A DNA stretch of 64,000 nt from Octopus bimaculoides (lineage: Eukaryota): assembly GCF_001194135.2 (NCBI RefSeq), contig NC_068981.1:194584458-194648457 (forward strand), written 5' to 3'. Made by a program: the position numbers and the translations under genes. The notes beneath the pieces are model-generated. The model was given only the letters and a program-made list of their open reading frames with translations. It searched no databases and was not told the origin of the DNA. Below are positions 56,649 through 64,000 of the stretch, piece by piece. Each line of letters opens with the position of its first letter. Positions within the stretch are counted from its first letter, which is position 1.

Positions 56649-57566
56649 TTGCCATGGAGGAAAATATGTTGCTTCATCTAAAACATTGATTATCCATTTC
56701 TTTCTTCCCCCCCCCACTCTGAACCCCTTTGATTACTATATTTTTCTGGTGGACCCCTGCCCCAAGCCATTCGATGTTAAAAAAACTAGTTTTACAGATA
56801 TTTCTTTCAAAGTTCCTATTTTGTTTTGCCCCACTTTCCCTTGTGTAGGCTGAACTGCGTAAAACATCAGAGAAAGAAACCCATTTCTTACAAGAAACAC
56901 ATCTAAAGTGAAAGTTTTCCACGGACCCATAAAATACTACTGTGGACCTAATTGACTATTTTTCTTGGGTACACCACCAAAATTCTTGTATAGACCCCTC
57001 CCCCAGTTGAAAACCCACTGATCTAATTTCTAAAGTATGAATTATTTTCTCAAAGACAAAACTGCAGTAAAAAGGCTTAATTATAGGTTCTGATATATCC
57101 CAAAACATATTTAAACTGATCAAAAGTTTGTTCGTTTTTCTTTCACTGCTTCGTATAACTACCCACATTATACATAAATCATTTTTAAGGGTGGAACTCA
57201 AAGGAGATAAAAGCTACAAACACTAGCATGCAGAATCCTTGGATGACAAAAAAAAAGGTGAAGGTTACGCATGGAACACAAACCCATATATACATACATA
57301 TATACATAAATAGTAATGGTATGACAACAAAAGAATGAACGAGACCTCGATATTATGTAAATAGAAAAATCTATCTGTAATGTAATATACAACAATTATT
57401 CGGTTGCCATAATAAAACTCTGAGTTTCGGATGTCGGGGCAGAAATCTGCTCTGGCATCAGCATTTTTGTTTGTCTTAATTGACAAGATGCCGGAGCAGA
57501 TTTCTGCCCCAACATCCAAAACTCGGAGTTTTATTATGGCAACTGAATAATTGTCACATATATTAC

Positions 57567-57624
<58 letters not shown>

Positions 57625-57625
57625 G

Positions 57626-57965
57626 GAGGCACAATAGTTCAGTGGTTAGGGCAGCAGACTCGCGGTTTCGATTCCCACACCAGGCGACATGAGTGTTTAT
57701 TGGGCTAAAACTCCACAAGGCTCCAGCAGGGGGCTTGTGGCGAACCCTGCTGTACTCTTTCACCACAGCTTTCTCTCTTCTTGTTTCTGTTGTACCTGTA
57801 TTTCAAAGGGGCCAACCTTGTCACACTCTGTGTCACGCTGAATCTCCCCAAGAACTACATTAAGGGTACACGTGTCTGTGGAGTGCTCAACCACTTGCAT
57901 GTTAATTTCACGAGCAGGTTGCTCCGTTGATTGGATCAACTGGAACCCTTGTCGTCATAACCGAT
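57626..57965 (+). mobile_element. tRNA-derived SINE family G
   Basis: Head agttcagtggttagggcagc...gtttcgattccc; second copy on minus strand at ~45805-46130. Confidence 0.8.
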
Positions 57966-59334
57966 ATACACACACACACACAATTACACATCAGAAGTAA
58001 AAAAAAAAATTTTTTTTTAATTTAATTCCAAGCACAACTGCATTAATTTTTTATGAGGTTCAACATAATTATTGCTATAATTACCACAATTACAACCACT
58101 ACTGCTGTTAAAGCTTCCAGAAAAAATGCCTCACAGTATTTCTTGCAGTTCTTTACATTCTGAGTTCAAATCCTGCCAAGGTCAACTTTGCCTTTTATCA
58201 TCCCAGGGTTGATAAAATAAAGAACCAGTCAAGTACTGGAGTTGATAGAATCGACTAACCCCTCCCCATCAAATTTCAGGCCTTGTAACTATGCTAGAAA
58301 TAATTATTAAATTTCTCTCTCTACACTGAAGTAATATCTAATTTCTGAGAAACCCACTATCTTCACGGTGCAGCTTTAATATAAAAAGTTATATTTAAAA
58401 AAAAACAAAAACAAACAAAAAAATCCCTGATCCCTATATTACACACACACACACACACACACTCTCTCTCTCATCTCTAATTTCACTGCAGCTTTACCCA
58501 CGTTATTGCAAATTACCACTTAATTATTATTATTGTATTTCACCTCACTTCCTCTCAGGTTTTGCTTCACCTTTACCCCCAGATTAATATATTTAAGAAC
58601 TAAGGCGGTGACCTACCGCAATTTGTAGCATGTTGGGCCGAAATGCTAAACACCATTTCTTCCGTCTTTGTGTTCTGAGTTCAAATTCTGCCAAGGTCAA
58701 TTTTTTGCCTTTTATCCTTTCAGGGTCACTAAATTAAGTACCAGTAGAACACTGGGGTTGATGTAATCGACTTACCCCTCCCCCAAAATTGCTGGCCTTG
58801 TGCCAAAATTTGAAATCAATATTTTCAAGAAGTATTCTCTTCACACAGTCACTCATTATCTTCTTCAATCTCATAACGAACTACCACTTTTTTCAAATTA
58901 ATTAATTGTTATTTTTCATTTATTAATACACTTCCAGTCCTAAACAAACCCATCCAGGTTTTAGTTTTGGTTTTCGGAAAATTCCATTGAATTAAAAACC
59001 TTCAATTAGTTACTGATTTGGTGGACACCGCTCACTTGCAATGTCCCCCCTCTAGATTTGGTATAAATAAACAAGAAGAGAAATAAATGCCTCCCCACCA
59101 CTGAGATATCATTACAGTTAACCCTAGCATAGAAATTATCAGTGACTCTCGGGGAGTCCTTTCTTTTACATGGAGACTCAAAATTACGGTTTCAATCTGC
59201 ATTATTTGAATTTTAGGAAATGTACAGAACATGTTTCTTTAAGGCTTTATATAATGTGAAATACATAATCTACAGAAAAAGATTCATAAATGGAGGTATA
59301 ATGAATGTTTTAAGACTTTTTAATATGTGTATAT

Positions 59335-60030
59335 CATCATCATCATTTAATGTCCGCTTTCCATGCTGGCATGGGTTGGACAGTTCGACTGGGGTCTGGG
59401 AAACCAGGAGGCTGCACCAGGCCCCAATCTGATCTGGCAAGGTTTCTACAGCTGGATGCACTTCCTAACACCAACCACTCTGAGAGTGTAGTGGGTGCTT
59501 TTTACGTGCCACTAGCACAGGCGCCAAAGGAGCTGGCATCGACCACGATCGGATGGTGCTTTTTACGTGCCACCGGCATGGAAACCAGTGAAAGTGGCAT
59601 TGGCATCAGTCATGTTCGGATGGTGCTTTTTACGTGCAACCAGCACAGGGGTCACAACTACGATTTCCATTTGACTGGGATTTGATTAATGTTGATGTAC
59701 TTGACTCAGTAGGTCTCCTCAAGCACGGCATGTCATCCTACGATCCAAGGTACTTTTTGAATTGGCTGGTTATGTGACACTAGTGTAGGTTACAGCTGTG
59801 AACTCACTTTATTTGCCGGGTCTCCTCAGTCACAGCATATCTCCAGAGGTCTCGGCTTTTTGTCATTGCCTCTCTGAGGCCCAACATTCGAAGGTCATGC
59901 TTCACCACCTCATCCTATGTCTTTCTGAGTTTCTCTCTTCCACAGTTAGGGAGTGACACTTCTTCACACAGCTCTCCTCCTCCATCCATAGTACATGACC
60001 ATACCAACGCAAACGTCTCTCTTGCAGGCC
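59335..60030 (-). mobile_element. RTE-like LINE 3' end, longest copy in window
   Basis: GLQERRLRWYGHVLWMEEESCVKKCHSLTVE plus KHDLRMLGL segment, 3'UTR and (GAT)n tail. Confidence 0.88.
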
Positions 60031-60543
60031 ACATATATATATACACAGTAGCGGAGTGGTCCAGATTGCCAGCTTGCCCAATGTCAAGTGGGCCCCTGTC
60101 CCATTAGAATCCATATATGGGGGTCCATGATAGTACCTAAGGGGCCCATCCCCTCGAGTTTGAGAATATTTTATTCACTCCTGGAAGAATGCGTTAATTA
60201 TTTCAGCTTGGCTGTGTTTGTAGACAGTTAAAAAGAATACTTTTAACCAAAAAAATACATAAATGATAGTATTGTAGTTGCAGGTGGGCCCCATTTGTCT
60301 TCTGGCAACCAATACTTTTAGACCCAGTTTGCCACTGTATATCTATCACTGGTGACTCTTGCAGTACAAAATGAATGTAATATCTGTTCTGTACTGCAGG
60401 AGTCATCAGTAATATTCGTGCTATAAATCAATGTGGTAGTTTATCTAGAAGACACGACCATGTTTATGGTTTAAAAAAACACAATTTATAACAAAATTAG
60501 ACTGTTGGGCTAAAAGAAAGTATAGTACCAAATTGGTTTAAAA

Positions 60544-60986
60544 CAGGGGTCAGCAAATTTCCTGTCATTGATTCTGGCCCTTTCATGGAATCGTTGATGA
60601 CTTATCAACTCCCCCCACCCCCATCATGTCAAAAAGTAATTTTTATAAAATTTCTTGATTTAAAAAAAATTCCTGCATTCTTTTAAGTCATAACCACTTT
60701 TTGATCAATAAGAAAAACTTGAAGAAATTAAATGAAAATACTTAACAAAATTGATAAAAAATTCAGTCATTATTATAGTGATATAGTCAGGATATTTAAT
60801 ATGAAATATGTTTGGCGAATTCTAGTTATTGCATAGCTATTTGACTGGAAATTTGGGAGTTCTTTCAGATTTGGTTCACTAATAATTCAGCACCCTTAAC
60901 ACTCAAAATGTTTCAGGTGTTTATCAACTGTTTGGTTAGAAGCATAGACCCCTAGGGGTTAATGTGGACCACTTTGCTGACACCTG
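60544..60986. mobile_element. hAT-type MITE
   Basis: TIR caggggtcagcaaa / tttgctgacacctg; 8-bp TSD gtttaaaa versus gcttaaaa. Confidence 0.75.
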
Positions 60987-63900
60987 GCTTAAAATTTTGT
61001 ATTAGTCTATTGAGGTTTCACAAAATCCTGCCCTTTACCAGAAAATGTTCCAATTTATTTTGCTGTAATTTAAAATCCAACGTAGAATTATGCCACATTT
61101 TGGTAGTGTGAAAAATAGCAAAGCTAACCAAGATGGGTTCTTAGTCAGCATTTCTGTGAAATAGTATTCTGCAAGTTGTCTTCTATCATAACTGTCTCAC
61201 AAGTGAGGAACTGTAATTAATACAAACTGTAGGGATGATATTCGTTAATTAACGCAGAGGTTCATTGGTAGCTTGTATTTATTTCTAGTGCTGCAGGAAA
61301 GTAGTCAGTTTATAGAGAATATTAATAAAACTAAAGGTGGCGAGCTAGCAGAAATGTTAGCACGCCGGGCGAAATGTTTAGTGGTATTTCGTCTGTCTTT
61401 GTGTTCTGAGTTCAAATTCCGCCAAGGTCAACTTTGCCTTTCATCCTTTTGGGATCGATAAATTAAGTATCAGTTGCATACTGGAGTCAATCTAATCAAC
61501 TGGCTCCTCTCCAAAAATTTCAGGCCTTGTGCCTAGAGTAGAAACGATTATATTATTTAAAGGCGTAGAGCTGGCAGAAACGTTAGCATGCCAAGCGAAA
61601 TGCTTAGCGGTATTTCGTCTGTCTTTACGTTGAGTTATATATATTTTGGAATATTTTCCTAAATGTATTTGAGACATTGTTTAAGGTTACCTCAATAGGA
61701 AGACTATTTTTTATTCACAAAATCAGTAGACATACTGAGTTTGGTTTTAGTAGCATTTTCAAAATTTAATTCAAGTAACTCTGGAATAATTACTAAGAGT
61801 TTCAGTGTTTTAACCCCAGGCTTGATCCAACAGATCTATAATTAAAAGGACATCCAACGGTGACTGTCCCCTCTTTATATTCACTCAAACGATACGAGAC
61901 ATTTTGGCACAGCTGTTTTGGCGCTGCCTCTTAGGCAGCACTAAATCAATGCTGACTTCTTTGACGTGCATGTGTGTGGTAAGAGGGAAGGTATTTATAT
62001 TATGTACAGTTAATTATAATAATGCCTCGTTAGTGATCCTGCATAGCCCAGTGGTTAGGGTGTTGCACTCACAATAACAAGATCATGGTTTCAATTTCTG
62101 GACTGGTTGATGCATTGAGTTCTTGAGCAAAGGAGTGGCTGTGTGGAAAGAAGCTTGCTTCCCAACCACTCGTTCCAGGTTCAGTCCCATTGTGTGACAC
62201 CTTGGGCAAGTGTCTTCTACTATTGCCTCGGGCCAACCAAAGCCTTGTGAGTGGATTTGGTAAATAGAAACTGAAAAATGCCCGTTGTATATATAAATAT
62301 ATATATATATGTATGCATTTTTGTCTGTTTGTCCCTCCCACCACCGCCACCATTGCTTGACAACCGGTGCTGGTGTGTTTAGGCTCCCATAACTTAGTGG
62401 TTCGGCAAAGGAGACCGATAGAATACATACAAAGCTTAGAAAGAAAAAGTCCTGGGGTCAATTTGTTCAACTAAAGGTGGTGCTCCAGCATGGCCACATT
62501 TCATTTTGCTCCAGTCCCCTCATCTGTAAATGAGGCGTCCTGCAACAGACTGGTGTCTCATTTGGCAGAGCAAATGTTATGATCTTGGACCCTTGTATAC
62601 CATAGGGACCAAGTAGCCAGCACTACGAATTCTAGGGCTTGAGACAATTTATTTTACTAAATCCCTATCTGTATATTTCTGGCCGCACTAGTGGTCATGT
62701 TTGCTTCCAACACCAAAACAATCGGAAGGTCCAGTCAGCCTCACTAAAATCGTCAGCCTCCAAACAGCTGTGCCCAATAATCTCATGCTGATGTTCAAAC
62801 AAGTACCCAAAGATTTAGAGTACAGCAAATGTTTTTAATTCTCCACTTTGTACATTAAATTTTAGGAAAAGTGTGTGGAGGTCGGACAAATTTCTGTATC
62901 ATATTTTTCATTAATCTTTGGCTGCTGATGACAATAATTAATTAATTAATTAATCAATCAATCGGTCTTGCTACCAATATTATACTGTGATGAGGGCTTT
63001 ATTCTTTGCTACTATTCAACACTCTATTACAAAATGTTGGTCTTCAAATTTATTTCACAGAAATGTCTCAGCTATGATGTTTATCATTATTATTATTATT
63101 ATTATTATTATCTAAGGCAGCCAGCTGGTAGAATCATTACCATGCCGGGTGAAATGCTTTGCGGTATTTCGTCTGTTGCTGCGTTCTGAGTTCAAATTCT
63201 GCCGAGGTCAACTTTGCCTTTCATCCTTATGGGGTCGATAAAATAAGTACCAGTTCAGCACTGGGAGTCGATGTGATCGGTTTACTCCCTTCCCGAAATC
63301 GCTGGCCTTGTGCCAAAATTTGAAACCATTATTATTATTATTGCTATTATCTAAGGTGGCGAGCTGGCAGAATCGTTAGCATGCCGGGCAAAATGCTCAA
63401 TGGCATTTCATCCATCCTGACGTTCTGAGTTCAAATTCCGCCAAGGCCGACTTTGCCTTTTCTCCTTTCAGGGTCGATGAAATAAGGATCAGTTACGCAC
63501 TGGGGTTGATGTAATTGACTAGCCTCGCCCTCCCCAACAATTTTGGGCCCTGTGCCTATAGTAGAAAGGGTTATTATTTTCATCCCAAAATATAATTCCA
63601 CTCCATTTGAATTTTATCAAAAGTAAATTTTTGTTTTTGTTTATTTTTATTATATATATATATATATATATTTTTTGTTTTGTATTTTAAAGCATTTTTG
63701 ATTCAATTAAAAAAAATAATAAATGTTCAAATAAAATGAAATCTTTTAATGGAGACTGTCAGAGAAATAGAGTGTGTGTTTGTGTGTGTGTGCATGCCTG
63801 TATGTGTATATATGTATATATAATATGTGAATATATATATATGTATATATATATATATACACACTCATAAATTATCGTTTATGTCTGTGTTTACATACAA

Positions 63901-64000
63901 CGTGGCTTAAGTTCTGGTATAATTATTATTATTTTCATCATTATGACTATTTTTTACGATGTCAAATAATTGCGTTCACTTTTATATCTTTTTTTTTTAC

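Noticed and set aside
59032-59200. Minus-strand exon-like ORF (IETVILSLHV...GGHC) with a gtgagc donor
   Set aside because: No recognisable protein similarity and no partner exons found; a second gene in 52-64 kb is not supported.
61895-62790. Inverted ggcacagctgttt motifs ~860 bp apart as possible TIRs
   Set aside because: Short, only ~70% similar over ~35 bp, and no TSD found.

Overview
AT-rich, repeat-dense, gapped animal genomic DNA. The repeat families and microsatellite load point to a coleoid cephalopod, probably Octopus (inference). Positions 829-49808 (+) carry the 3' half of a LYST/CHS1/Beige (lysosomal trafficking regulator) gene: 35 GT-AG exons that I joined by hand, with consistent phases throughout (5339 nt, about 1779 aa). 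They encode the ARM-like region, the PH-BEACH module, the BEACH domain and WD40 repeats. The 5' exons lie upstream of the window. The terminal coding exon, and probably one internal exon, are not visible and likely sit in N gaps. Introns and the 3' flank hold several tRNA-derived SINE families, about 25 5'-truncated RTE-like LINE ends with (GAT)n tails, piggyBac-, Tc1- and hAT-type MITEs, two R4/Dong-like endonuclease fragments inserted in (TAA)n, minisatellites and microsatellites. The most unusual signal is a set of short non-coding elements from at least three unrelated families. They carry minimal hammerhead-ribozyme motifs, mostly with a palindromic (dimer-type) helix III, repeat their 3' tail inverted or direct at the 5' end, and have 11-13 bp TSDs or sit in (TA)n. 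This fits non-autonomous Penelope-like or retrozyme elements. One family also has a tRNA-derived Pol III head and occurs as head-to-head palindromic dimers.
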